Shown: piece by piece, positions 16,594-25,605 of the stretch
How the letters are laid out: each line of letters opens with the position of its first letter
Position numbering within the stretch: position 1 is the first letter of the stretch
Source: a virus
DNA: 64,000 bases
Strand: one strand, 5' to 3'
Virus record (IMG/VR): IMGVR_UViG_3300048507_000465
Coordinates: 1 to 64,000 of that record
The notes under the pieces: generated by a model
What the model was told of the DNA's origin: nothing
Seen by the model: only the letters and a program-made list of their open reading frames with translations
Databases searched by the model: none
Made by a program: the position numbers and the translations under genes

Positions 16594-17115
16594 ATGGAAG
16601 CAATAAAACAAATACAATCACTTCTGCAAGAGGCAGAACAGATCGCCAAAGATCAACTAGGACTTGACAATATATTCTATAATGAGAGGTTCATAGAGAT
16701 GTTTATGGCTAATCATTTAGGCCATGAGTATGGTAACAATACTCAGGGTGGCGACGCCTTAGATGCCACTGAAACGCCTACAGAGTATAAGGCAATCAAT
16801 ATGAGAAACAAGGGTAAATCTGGTACTTTCCAGTTCCATTGGCTATCAAAGAACAAAATCGAAAAGTACGCGCAAACGAATAATATGTACTTTGCCGTCA
16901 GAGATGGAGTTACTATCAAGAAAATCTACGAAGTACCGACTGATGTTATCATGCCAGTTCTAGAAGCTAAAGCTACTGGAGGCAAATCCATTAATGGTCA
17001 CGCAGGTTTTAATGAGAAGAAATTAATCGAAACGTTTAACGCAATACTAGTTTATGACAGCGAGAAAGAATACTGTGCATATTCTGGTTTAACATCACCA
17101 GCAGCTTATGAGTAA
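16594..17115 (+). CDS. PvuII-like PD-(D/E)xK endonuclease
   Basis: GLDNIF, GGDALD...EYKAIN, KIEKY, YFAVRDGVTIKKIYEV and KSING align with recalled R.PvuII segments GINDIF, GNDAVD...ELKSIN, IIAKY, IFAIYRGIAIEAIYRL and KDINN. Confidence 0.65.
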   Translation: MEAIKQIQSLLQEAEQIAKDQLGLDNIFYNERFIEMFMANHLGHEYGNNTQGGDALDATETPTEYKAINMRNKGKSGTFQFHWLSKNKIEKYAQTNNMYFAVRDGVTIKKIYEVPTDVIMPVLEAKATGGKSINGHAGFNEKKLIETFNAILVYDSEKEYCAYSGLTSPAAYE

Positions 17116-17356
17116 AAGACAAACACCAGTCGCATTGTTAATAGAGGCAATGCAAGAAGAATTAGAAAGTAGTCCAAAAGAAGTTTGGCAAGGTATGGAA
17201 TATGCAATCGCAATTGCTAAAACATTCTTACCTGAAGAAAAGAAAATCATGTGTGATTTTGCAAATGATTGGGCAGACGCAAGAGAAGAATCAGACAGAA
17301 TACGTAAAATAGAAGAAGATGAATTCAATAGCCACCTAGGCAGGTTCAGACCATAA
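17108..17356 (+). CDS. Hypothetical protein
   Basis: 82-aa ORF overlapping the upstream stop. Confidence 0.7.
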   Translation: MSKRQTPVALLIEAMQEELESSPKEVWQGMEYAIAIAKTFLPEEKKIMCDFANDWADAREESDRIRKIEEDEFNSHLGRFRP

Positions 17357-17381
17357 ACATTAACCAATTTTAAACTATAAA
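17355..17381 (+). promoter_or_regulatory. AAAC-N17-TATAA motif
   Basis: aaac-attaaccaattttaaac-tataaa. Confidence 0.65.
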
Positions 17382-17385
17382 CTAT

Positions 17386-17574
17386 ATGACATTAGCAAAT
17401 CTTAAAAAGTACGCAGAAGGAATTTCAAAACAATACCCACAACTTGACGACGAAGTTAGAGACTTATACTTTCTAGCAGAAATGGAAATAGAAGATGGCG
17501 AATCAGAAACCAATGAATGTGAATTAGCAATAGGTTCTATTAAAGAATTAATTGCAGAACTAGATCGAATATAA
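17386..17574 (+). CDS. Hypothetical acidic protein
   Basis: 62 aa; TAATG coupling to the next gene. Confidence 0.7.
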   Translation: MTLANLKKYAEGISKQYPQLDDEVRDLYFLAEMEIEDGESETNECELAIGSIKELIAELDRI

Positions 17575-18161
17575 TGAGTAGGCAATTTACTTGGTGGCGT
17601 AGATTCTGGGGAGTACGTAAAATCCCTAAGCAATATCTTTACAAAGGAGCAAGTGAACTTTTACAAAGAATTGAGTTTGGTGAATTTGAAGTTAATAACT
17701 TAGGAAGGGAGATACACCTAGAAGATGCCATACACGCTGCTGAAATTAAAAGAATTAAAAAAGATTCACCATGGCTTAAAGATGATACACTAGAAGAAGC
17801 GATTAGAGATTCTAGGAAACAGATGAATAAACGTAAGACTAAAATTATGGAAGCTCATCTTAAAGCAGAAGCTTTATTATTAAGAGATATTATGACTAAA
17901 CTTACAGAAGAGTTTAGTATAGACCCAGAGATAGTAAAGAATGAAATGGAAATATTTGATGGGACAACTAGAGAATTTTATTTCCACATTAAATCAATTG
18001 CCTTAGGTAAAAAGTTTGATCCTAATAAACAACAAAGATTAATACTTGAACAACCAAGGCATATACTTAAACCCAAAGAAAGAAAATATGTGGATCTTTG
18101 GATGGGGTTAATAAAGAAACATAAATGGGAACCTTTCTTAAACTGGAACAATTACCAATAA
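17574..18161 (+). CDS. Hypothetical protein
   Basis: 195-aa ORF. Confidence 0.75.
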   Translation: MSRQFTWWRRFWGVRKIPKQYLYKGASELLQRIEFGEFEVNNLGREIHLEDAIHAAEIKRIKKDSPWLKDDTLEEAIRDSRKQMNKRKTKIMEAHLKAEALLLRDIMTKLTEEFSIDPEIVKNEMEIFDGTTREFYFHIKSIALGKKFDPNKQQRLILEQPRHILKPKERKYVDLWMGLIKKHKWEPFLNWNNYQ

Positions 18162-18172
18162 CCACATATAAT
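18146..18172 (+). promoter_or_regulatory. GAAC-N17-TATAA motif
   Basis: gaac-aattaccaataaccaca-tataat upstream of the uvsE operon. Confidence 0.6.
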
Positions 18173-18192
18173 TAATATCAATTGCGGGAACA

Positions 18193-18417
18193 ATGATAAT
18201 ACTTAAATATATTCTATACTACTTACTTCTAGGAGTTGGCTTTAACTTTATATGGGATTTACTTATTTCTATTTTAAAACACGGGCCCTATGTAAAAGAA
18301 GAACATAGATTAGAAAATAATGAAAGGATTTTCATGTGTTTAGTTTGGCCATACGGCACATTCTTAATACTTTACCACCTGTATATTGCACTAAATAAAA
18401 AAAATAAAGATGACTAA
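18193..18417 (+). CDS. Small membrane protein
   Basis: Two hydrophobic helices. Confidence 0.65.
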   Translation: MIILKYILYYLLLGVGFNFIWDLLISILKHGPYVKEEHRLENNERIFMCLVWPYGTFLILYHLYIALNKKNKDD

Positions 18418-19333
18418 CTATGGATATTGTTGCATTAATATGCAACTTAGAAAGCAGAAACCAAGTATTACTACAAATCGTTCTATGATTAAACGTACGT
18501 TTATGGCTAAAGGCCCAGACTATGCATCAGAACTTATTGTACAAAATGTACGAGACCTACGTGAAATTATTAAATGGAATGAGGCAAATGGTCTTAAACT
18601 TTATCGTATGTCTTCAGATATTATGCCTTGGATGTCTGAGTACAATATTTCAGATCTTAAAGATTTTAAAATTATTAGAACTATTCTAGAAGACTGTGGC
18701 GATCTAGCTAGGGAGTACGGTCAGAGGATTACATTCCACCCTGGACCATTCGATGTCCTCGCATCACTAAATGAAAACGTAGTAACCAAATCTATTGCTG
18801 ACCTCAACAAGCATGGTGAAATATTCGACCTTATGGGTCTACCGCGTACTCCCTATGCTGCGATCAATATTCATGTCAATACTACACAAGGTGGTAAAGA
18901 TGTTGCAATGCAAAGATTCGTAGATAACTTTCACTTACTTGATGCTTCAGTTCGTAAACGTCTAGTTGTTGAGAATGACGACAAGCAAAAACAGTATGCA
19001 ACAGAAGATCTTTATCAAGGTATTCACAACAAGATTGGTATTCCTATTACATTTGACTATCATCACCATTGGTGCCATCCAGGAGAATTGACTCAAGAGG
19101 AGGCTCTTAAGTTGGCTTCTACTACTTGGCCTAAAGATATTAAACAACTTTGCCATTATTCTTCATGTAAGCAAATCCATGAAGATGCGACAGTAATGGC
19201 TAGGGCTCATGCCGACTACATATATGAACATATCAATACTTATGGGTTAGATCTCGATATTGAACTTGAGGCTAAAGCTAAAGAAATGGCAGTTCAAAAA
19301 TATATGAAACAATTTGCAACACAATTAGTATAA
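18410..19333 (+). CDS. uvsE: UV-damage endonuclease (UVDE/UvsE)
   Basis: GYCCIN, LYRMSSD, RITFHPG, NIHV, RLVVENDD, PITFDYHHH, HYSS, AHADY, ELEAKAKE. Confidence 0.95.
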   Translation: MTNYGYCCINMQLRKQKPSITTNRSMIKRTFMAKGPDYASELIVQNVRDLREIIKWNEANGLKLYRMSSDIMPWMSEYNISDLKDFKIIRTILEDCGDLAREYGQRITFHPGPFDVLASLNENVVTKSIADLNKHGEIFDLMGLPRTPYAAINIHVNTTQGGKDVAMQRFVDNFHLLDASVRKRLVVENDDKQKQYATEDLYQGIHNKIGIPITFDYHHHWCHPGELTQEEALKLASTTWPKDIKQLCHYSSCKQIHEDATVMARAHADYIYEHINTYGLDLDIELEAKAKEMAVQKYMKQFATQLV

Positions 19334-19351
19334 ACCTTAAATAATTATTAT

Positions 19352-19546
19352 ATGACAAAGTTTTTAAACACATTAAAATCAAATTTTAAATTCTTAACTA
19401 GCCAATGGTTTTCCTTTATCGGTTTACTTTGGATGGGAGCATCTTTCATTTATATTGGCAAGGCTCAATTTTGGATAGTTTTAGGATTTGCAATTCTTTT
19501 TACTGGTGTACAAAATATTATTAACGAAATTAGACTAAAGAATTAA
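19352..19546 (+). CDS. Small membrane protein
   Basis: Two TM segments; AAAC-N18-TATAA at 19307-19334 upstream. Confidence 0.65.
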   Translation: MTKFLNTLKSNFKFLTSQWFSFIGLLWMGASFIYIGKAQFWIVLGFAILFTGVQNIINEIRLKN

Positions 19547-19548
19547 AT

Positions 19549-19797
19549 ATGGATTTAAAAGTAGATGCTCTAAGAGCAAAATACCAAGCAGAAAAACTTG
19601 AAGCAATCGCAACACTAGAGGTATACGTAAAGAATGCAGCAGGAATCGGAGAACACCCGCAAATCATCGAAGAAATGGCAAAGCTTGTTGAACAAGTAGC
19701 AAACGCCAACGACTGTATTGAAGCATTAGATGAGATTTTTATTAGATCCACAGATGATTCTACTAACGTATCACCAGAAGGCTCCGTAAATAGTTGA
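19549..19797 (+). CDS. Hypothetical protein of a type common in marine T4-like phages
   Basis: ALRAKYQA...LEVYV.NAAGIGEHPQIIEE motif. Confidence 0.75.
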   Translation: MDLKVDALRAKYQAEKLEAIATLEVYVKNAAGIGEHPQIIEEMAKLVEQVANANDCIEALDEIFIRSTDDSTNVSPEGSVNS

Positions 19798-19831
19798 TTT
19801 ATTTAGGCTAGACATAAACGACTTAAGGAGC

Positions 19832-19863
19832 AAAGGGACCTATTAATTTAGGTCCCTTTTTTT
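19832..19863 (+). terminator. Intrinsic terminator
   Basis: aaagggaccta-ttaatt-taggtcccttt plus T-run. Confidence 0.88.
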
Positions 19864-19867
19864 GTTT

Positions 19868-19877
19868 GATATATAAT
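19868..19877 (+). promoter_or_regulatory. GATATATAAT motif, 12 nt before ATG
   Basis: gatatataat-aa-ATG(19880), immediately after a terminator. Confidence 0.72.
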
Positions 19878-19879
19878 AA

Positions 19880-20560
19880 ATGAAGCATATTAAATCAAAA
19901 GCTATATTTGAAAGATATACAAAACTAGATTCTATCTCTAATAAACTATTAGGTGATTGCTTTAGACAGTGGGTATTAGATTTTAAGAACGGTAAAAAAT
20001 CTTCTAGCTACTCATTTGAAGTACAGAATCCAGGGTTAACATTTGACTTAAACTGCTCTATCTATTTTAAAGGTAAAGGATTTGAGGTCCTAAACTCTAC
20101 TGGAGCTGATGGTAGAGATGAAGACGATGATGGTGATTGGCAAGATCCATTTATTAATGTAGACTTTGCTTGTAACCCAGATTGGTTACCTACTTATTGG
20201 GAAGAGATTTACTTTGTATTAGCAGATGTCTTAAGACATGAGATCGAACACATTACTCAAGATGGTATTGATATTGGTAATTATAGAAAGGGTAAACCTA
20301 ATGAACCAGATGATATGATGAGAATGATGATTAATAATGGTATGTTATCTAAGATGTATTATTTACTACTACCTAAAGAAGTGGATGCAAATTTACAAGG
20401 CTTAAGATTTGAGGCTAAGAAGAGAGGTGAGAAGACCATTGATGCTGTAAATAGATACTTAGACTCAAAAGAAGAGATGGGAGAGATAAATAGTAAAGAA
20501 AGAGCAGAAGTCCTAGTTAAATGGGAAGCTCGTGCAAAACAATTAGGATTTAAACTATGA
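19880..20560 (+). CDS. Putative zincin metallopeptidase-like protein (HExxH)
   Basis: LRHEIEHITQ plus downstream EVDA; N-terminus MKHIKSKAIFE. Confidence 0.65.
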   Translation: MKHIKSKAIFERYTKLDSISNKLLGDCFRQWVLDFKNGKKSSSYSFEVQNPGLTFDLNCSIYFKGKGFEVLNSTGADGRDEDDDGDWQDPFINVDFACNPDWLPTYWEEIYFVLADVLRHEIEHITQDGIDIGNYRKGKPNEPDDMMRMMINNGMLSKMYYLLLPKEVDANLQGLRFEAKKRGEKTIDAVNRYLDSKEEMGEINSKERAEVLVKWEARAKQLGFKL

Positions 20561-20847
20561 GACATTTAAAACAATTTAAAAACTTTATTAACGAGGGTGG
20601 AGACCCTGAAAAGAAAAAAGCTATTAGGGATAAAATACGTGACTTAGATAAAAAGGAAGATGACTTAATGAAGAAGAAGGCTGAAAACGCTAAGAAAATG
20701 ATGGCGGAAGAAGATAATCTAAAAGCAGAGATTTTAAACCTTACAACTCAGAAGTTAGCTATGCAGAAAGCTATAGTAAAAATAGATCTTAAAATATCTA
20801 CACTTAAGCTTAAACAAGAAAACGCAAAACCAACACAAACAACATGA
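20557..20847 (+). CDS. Coiled-coil protein, putative virion-internal (MRHLKQFKNFINE)
   Basis: K/E-rich heptads; shared N-terminal motif. Confidence 0.75.
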   Translation: MRHLKQFKNFINEGGDPEKKKAIRDKIRDLDKKEDDLMKKKAENAKKMMAEEDNLKAEILNLTTQKLAMQKAIVKIDLKISTLKLKQENAKPTQTT

Positions 20848-21200
20848 AGCATTTAATTCATTTTAATGACTTTGTTTTAGAGAACAGAAAAAATAAACCC
20901 AATATTAAGAAAAAGGTTAAAAAGATTAATAAGGTTATTAATAAGCAGTATGATAAAATAGAAAAAGAAACTGCTAGGGCTAAAGAGTTAGCATCAAAAC
21001 CTGATGTAACTGATAAAATGTCGGCTACTCTATCTAGAATGAAAGTACAACTAGCTCAAGCAGAAGCTCAGAAACAAGCTGTTAGAAAAAATGTGGAAAT
21101 TAAAAAAGCTCAGATTAGAACTGCTAAAGATCAAGCTAAATCAGGTGATGAATTAGAAAAGAAAGCTAAAGAAACTAAAAAAGAAGAGTCTGATAAATAA
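20844..21200 (+). CDS. Basic coiled-coil protein, putative virion-internal (MKHLIHFNDFVLE)
   Basis: K-rich helical protein; shared N-terminal motif. Confidence 0.75.
   Translation: MKHLIHFNDFVLENRKNKPNIKKKVKKINKVINKQYDKIEKETARAKELASKPDVTDKMSATLSRMKVQLAQAEAQKQAVRKNVEIKKAQIRTAKDQAKSGDELEKKAKETKKEESDK
21192..21200 (+). promoter_or_regulatory. GATAAATAA late motif, 12 nt before ATG
   Basis: gataaataac-ct-ATG(21204). Confidence 0.6.
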
Positions 21201-21203
21201 CCT

Positions 21204-22880
21204 ATGAAGTATATTCAAACTCTTACTGAAAAGGGAAAGCTTAAATGGCAAGACTCTGATGCGCCGGATGCTAATGGTAGATTTAAAGACTTAAGTCCTA
21301 AAGATCTAGCAGCATGGTTAATTAAAACCAGAAAGGGTGATATGAAAAAGATTAGTGGTTCACTAAGTCAACAAGTTGCATTTAATAAAAACGACGATCC
21401 TGAATACGCAAAGAAAATGGATAAGACTAGAACAGAAGTCTACAAGCAAATGGATAGAGAAGATCTATTAGAATCTGTCTTAAACGAAGAGGATTCATAT
21501 AACGATTATCCAGCTGCTGCAAAGAAGAATGCACAGATGGCTATTGATTGGAAAGAGAAGTATGGTAGAGATGAAGTACCTGCTGGGACTCCAGTTGGTT
21601 GGGCAAGAGCTCATCAATTAGCTAAAGGTGAAAAGATCTCAGCAGATACTGTAAAGAGAATGTCTGCATTTAATAGACACAGAAAAAATTCATCAATTGC
21701 ACCAGAACATAAAGACGAACCTTGGAAAGATAATGGCTATGTAGCTTGGTTAATCTGGGGTGGCGACGAAGGTGTTGATTGGGCAATTGAAAAATCAAAA
21801 GAAATAGACGCTATGAAAGAGTCAAAACAAATGAAGTACATTAAACCACTTAACGAAAGAGCTAAACACACATCAACTGATTTTTCTAAACCAGGTAACG
21901 ATGGTGATATTTACTTTTCAAAAAGAGAAGGTGACGCAGTCGGCGTTAGATTAGGAGATAAATTACAAATGATTTATGTTTTTCAAGAAGAACCTAAATT
22001 AGGAAGGATTCAAAAGTCAGATAAACGTTGGGAAAACATGGGTCCAGCTTCTGAAGAACTTTTAATTGATTTAAGAGGTAGAGAAGAAGGTAAAATCTTA
22101 TTTAAGTTTGTTTCTACACTTGAAGAATCAGTTAATGAAGGTAAGATGCCGAAGAAATATATTGGCAACGATGAGATAGTCTATCTTAAAACTAAAGAGG
22201 ATTCAAGAGGTGCTCATTACAACCTTTACTACAAAGGGCACGATATTGATAAAGGTGGTCGTAGGTTTGGTAGTGAAAAAGAGCTAGAAGATTTTGCAGC
22301 TAATTATATTTTATCTAACCAATTGTATAAGAAACTAAGGTATGAAGATTCAATACCTTTACCAGAGTCTGTTAATGAAAGTCTTGGTTCTTATGAATAT
22401 AATAAGTGGATTAAAGAGAATGGTAAAATTAAATACCCTAAATGGGTTACAGTAACTCGTAAAGAAATTATTAAAAAGGGATTAATGGATTCAGTATATG
22501 ATTCTGAATCTCACAACATGTCTATTTGGATTAACTCTTTAGGTAAGAATTTCTTTGTAATTAACGCTGACTCAAAGAAGAGAGAAAAAGAGTTTGGTAA
22601 AAACGGTTCTGCATTTATTAATGCATATTACAATGATATAACTGGATATACCGCTTTTGCATGGGAAGCTGCTACAATTTGCCTAGAACTTATTAAACAC
22701 ATAGAGGACAGAATTGCTAATGGGGAGGAATATGAACCGGCGTACTATTTAGCTAAAGAATATTTTAATAATTTTGGGATGGATACTAAAAGAAGTAGAG
22801 TATTTGATTCTACAGTTAAAAAGCTAAGTAATTATATGGCTGATAATAATCTTGATTCTATGGATTATATGAATAGGTAA
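21204..22880 (+). CDS. Multi-module putative virion-internal polyprotein with repeated ES(V/L)NE linkers
   Basis: MKYIQTLTE...LLESVLNE...MKESKQMKYIKPLNE...LEESVNE...PESVNES separate unrelated segments. Confidence 0.75.
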   Translation: MKYIQTLTEKGKLKWQDSDAPDANGRFKDLSPKDLAAWLIKTRKGDMKKISGSLSQQVAFNKNDDPEYAKKMDKTRTEVYKQMDREDLLESVLNEEDSYNDYPAAAKKNAQMAIDWKEKYGRDEVPAGTPVGWARAHQLAKGEKISADTVKRMSAFNRHRKNSSIAPEHKDEPWKDNGYVAWLIWGGDEGVDWAIEKSKEIDAMKESKQMKYIKPLNERAKHTSTDFSKPGNDGDIYFSKREGDAVGVRLGDKLQMIYVFQEEPKLGRIQKSDKRWENMGPASEELLIDLRGREEGKILFKFVSTLEESVNEGKMPKKYIGNDEIVYLKTKEDSRGAHYNLYYKGHDIDKGGRRFGSEKELEDFAANYILSNQLYKKLRYEDSIPLPESVNESLGSYEYNKWIKENGKIKYPKWVTVTRKEIIKKGLMDSVYDSESHNMSIWINSLGKNFFVINADSKKREKEFGKNGSAFINAYYNDITGYTAFAWEAATICLELIKHIEDRIANGEEYEPAYYLAKEYFNNFGMDTKRSRVFDSTVKKLSNYMADNNLDSMDYMNR

Positions 22881-22930
22881 CATATAATAAAATATTAGCA
22901 AGATATATAAAAAAACAAAGAAATTAAAAT

Positions 22931-24187
22931 ATGGCTGTCGATCATACTAGAACTATAACTGTCACACCTGCTGGATCAAACTATACGGTAGTATCAGATG
23001 CTGCGATGGAATCTGGAGTTCAATGGGTTTCTACTACTAAAACTACTGATAATAATGGTGTTGCAGATGTTTGGACTATTACAATACAACAAAATACATC
23101 TAGTGGTAGAGTTGCTACAATTACAGCGACACATAGCAATAATAATACTGATACTATAACTGTTAACCAGGCTGGAGTTAATCCGGATAATACTGCTCCT
23201 GTTATTACATTACTAGGAGATAGTTCAATAAGTGTTGATGTTGGTGCGTCTGACTGGATCGACGATGGTGCTACCGCCGTTGATGAAACTGATGGAGATA
23301 TTTCTAATAATATACAAGTTGTAGATAATGTAGATCTTAACACAATAGGAGTTTATTCAGTTACATATAATGTAAATGATGCTGCCGGAAATCCTGCAGT
23401 AGAAGTTGTAAGAACTGTAAATGTTGTTGCTCAAACAATTGATGTACAATGGCAATTAATACCATTTAATTTAACTGGTGCATATATTAGCTTAACAGAT
23501 GGCGGAGCGGAGTGGCAAGGTAGTCCTAGTCAAACAACAAGCGTTGCAAGCGGGGGAAGTCATACACAGTTTTTTTATGCAGTTCCAAATAATGGAAAAG
23601 TATTTAATACTACGTCGGATGTTCAATTTCAATCAGGAGGTGCTCAGGTAAGTACTTTAAAAACTGCAAATGGAAGTATTAAAATAGAATTAATATTAAA
23701 CAATGTTACTTCAAATGTTGTATGGAGTGAAAATATTTCAGGTACTGCGTATACAATACCTACAGCGGGTGCTATGGCTTTTAGAGAATTAACAAGTTCA
23801 GGCGGTACAAGTGTCGGAACTTATACTGGAGGTCAAGTTACTAATAGTGTTAGAAATTATCAATGGATTAATAATACAGGTACTGAAAATAATAATCAAG
23901 CTTTATTGATTAATCTAGAAGATGCTGGTGGAATTGATTTAACATGGGATCCTACAGAAACTAATGCACATAATTTAGCAGGATATGTTTATCTATCAAC
24001 AAGCGCAGATGGTAGTACTGTTGATAATTCTACTATTTTAAATACTAATGAATGGATTCATAATGTTAGTTTAAGTAATTCAGATGGAACTAATTCTACT
24101 GGAGACTTTCATGCCTCGTTTATTTTTGACGATGGTGATGATGGAACTATAAATCCAAATAACCAAACATTAAATAATCAAAATTAA
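22931..24187 (+). CDS. Ig-like virion decoration/fibre protein (BACON-like + DUF5011-like domain)
   Basis: RVATITATH...TITVNQAG; DNTAPVITLLGD...DDGATAVDETDGDIS...YSVTYNVNDAAGN..VEVVRTVNV; GATATATAA at 22902. Confidence 0.8.
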   Translation: MAVDHTRTITVTPAGSNYTVVSDAAMESGVQWVSTTKTTDNNGVADVWTITIQQNTSSGRVATITATHSNNNTDTITVNQAGVNPDNTAPVITLLGDSSISVDVGASDWIDDGATAVDETDGDISNNIQVVDNVDLNTIGVYSVTYNVNDAAGNPAVEVVRTVNVVAQTIDVQWQLIPFNLTGAYISLTDGGAEWQGSPSQTTSVASGGSHTQFFYAVPNNGKVFNTTSDVQFQSGGAQVSTLKTANGSIKIELILNNVTSNVVWSENISGTAYTIPTAGAMAFRELTSSGGTSVGTYTGGQVTNSVRNYQWINNTGTENNNQALLINLEDAGGIDLTWDPTETNAHNLAGYVYLSTSADGSTVDNSTILNTNEWIHNVSLSNSDGTNSTGDFHASFIFDDGDDGTINPNNQTLNNQN

Positions 24188-24193
24188 AAGAAA

Positions 24194-24931
24194 ATGGTAC
24201 AGGACGAAATAATAAGTGGACCAGTAACAACCCAATCAACCATTAGCTACTCCCCATCATATACTTTATCATATGATGCTAATGGCGGTACTGGCTCTAT
24301 GGTTACACAAAGTGGTTCTAACCAGTATACCATCCATAATAGTTTTGGTTTTACTAGAAGTGGATACGTTCCTCAAAATATAGCATTTAATACTTCCGGA
24401 GCTGGTACTGGAACAAGTTATGATTTAGGTGATTCTATTACTCTAACAGGAAATACTACACTATATGCACAGTGGACTTTAACTGGAGGATCAAGTTCTT
24501 CAGGTGGAGATACATTTTACATATGCGTAACTCACCCCCTAGATGCTACTAAAAAAACTATTGTAGCATATACGACTCCTGTAATAGCTACAAACTTAAA
24601 CTTTGCTTTTACTACAGCATCTCCTCAGAATGTAAGTAATAGCGCAGGCTCATTAACTCTGCAATTTAGTGCAGATTCTGCTCCTGCTATTGGAGATTTT
24701 AGTTCTACTGGTAGTTGGTTAACTATAGATCCTGCTACATATACGTTCTCTTCAGGAAGTGGATCGTTTAATGTTTCTTATGGCTCAAATTCTAGTTTAT
24801 CAGGTGCGAGTAGTAGGAATAGTACTATATCCTATAATAATGTTTCTAATATCGGTACTTCGTCAGTGTTAGTTACACAAGCGGGGAATGTGGGTACCTA
24901 CAATCCAAATGAAAATGCCGGATTTGGCTAA
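24194..24931 (+). CDS. InlB B-repeat (Listeria-Bacteroides repeat) and BACON-like protein
   Basis: YTLSYDANGGTGSM...FTRSGY...NTSGAGTGTSY..GDSITLTGNTTLYAQW; C-terminal WLTI...SRNSTI...VLVTQAG. Confidence 0.75.
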   Translation: MVQDEIISGPVTTQSTISYSPSYTLSYDANGGTGSMVTQSGSNQYTIHNSFGFTRSGYVPQNIAFNTSGAGTGTSYDLGDSITLTGNTTLYAQWTLTGGSSSSGGDTFYICVTHPLDATKKTIVAYTTPVIATNLNFAFTTASPQNVSNSAGSLTLQFSADSAPAIGDFSSTGSWLTIDPATYTFSSGSGSFNVSYGSNSSLSGASSRNSTISYNNVSNIGTSSVLVTQAGNVGTYNPNENAGFG

Positions 24932-24974
24932 GCCGGGTGGATAATAATTATATTAATAAATAAAAACAAATAAA

Positions 24975-25598
24975 ATGGCAAAAAAAATACTATCATTCGA
25001 AGAATACGCTGCAAAAATAAATGCACCTAACGTTTCTGAAGAAGAAAACGAAGAGTGCCCGTGTGGTACTGATGAAGAAGGTAACTGTTTAGAATGTGAA
25101 GAAGGAACAGAAAAACCAGCTGAAGAAATAGAAGACGAAGAAGTTGAGTCTGAAGAAGACGAAGAAGTTGAGTCTGGAGAAGACGACGATGACGACGATG
25201 ACGATGATGAAGAAGACGATGATGACGATGACGACGACGATGATGATGACGATGATGACGATGATGAGTCTGAAGAAGTTGAAGTAGAAGATGCTGGAGA
25301 AACAGAAGCCCCGGTAACTGTAGAAGAGATGTTATCTGAAGGTTACAAAAAAGTAGTTGAAGCTGCATGTGCTTACGAAAAAGACGAATACCAAGATCAT
25401 ACGTTAGAAATGTACATGAAAGAGAACGCTGCTCTAGTAGCAACTCTTGCTGCAAAAGCGATGGAAGAGGGTTATGGTGAAGCAAAAGAAACTGAACTAA
25501 CTCAAGAAATGTACGAAGCAGTATGTAACGAAATAAAAGATGCGTATTGTAAGAAAATTGAAGAGTTAAAAGAGACTTACGGTGCTGGAAAGGAATAA
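24975..25598 (+). CDS. Highly acidic protein with poly-Asp/Glu tract (core/scaffold or nucleic-acid mimic candidate)
   Basis: MAKKILSFEEY, CPC..CLEC, then a long D/E run. Confidence 0.8.
   Translation: MAKKILSFEEYAAKINAPNVSEEENEECPCGTDEEGNCLECEEGTEKPAEEIEDEEVESEEDEEVESGEDDDDDDDDDEEDDDDDDDDDDDDDDDDDESEEVEVEDAGETEAPVTVEEMLSEGYKKVVEAACAYEKDEYQDHTLEMYMKENAALVATLAAKAMEEGYGEAKETELTQEMYEAVCNEIKDAYCKKIEELKETYGAGKE
25131..25268 (+). repeat. Coding low-complexity (GAY/GAA)n tract and 21-bp near-tandem duplication
   Basis: gaagacgaagaagttgagtct twice, followed by gac/gat triplet runs. Confidence 0.85.
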
Positions 25599-25605
25599 TA
25601 CAACT

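Noticed and set aside
25027-25485. Minus-strand His/Arg-rich ORF
   Set aside because: Antisense shadow of the poly-Asp/Glu tract.
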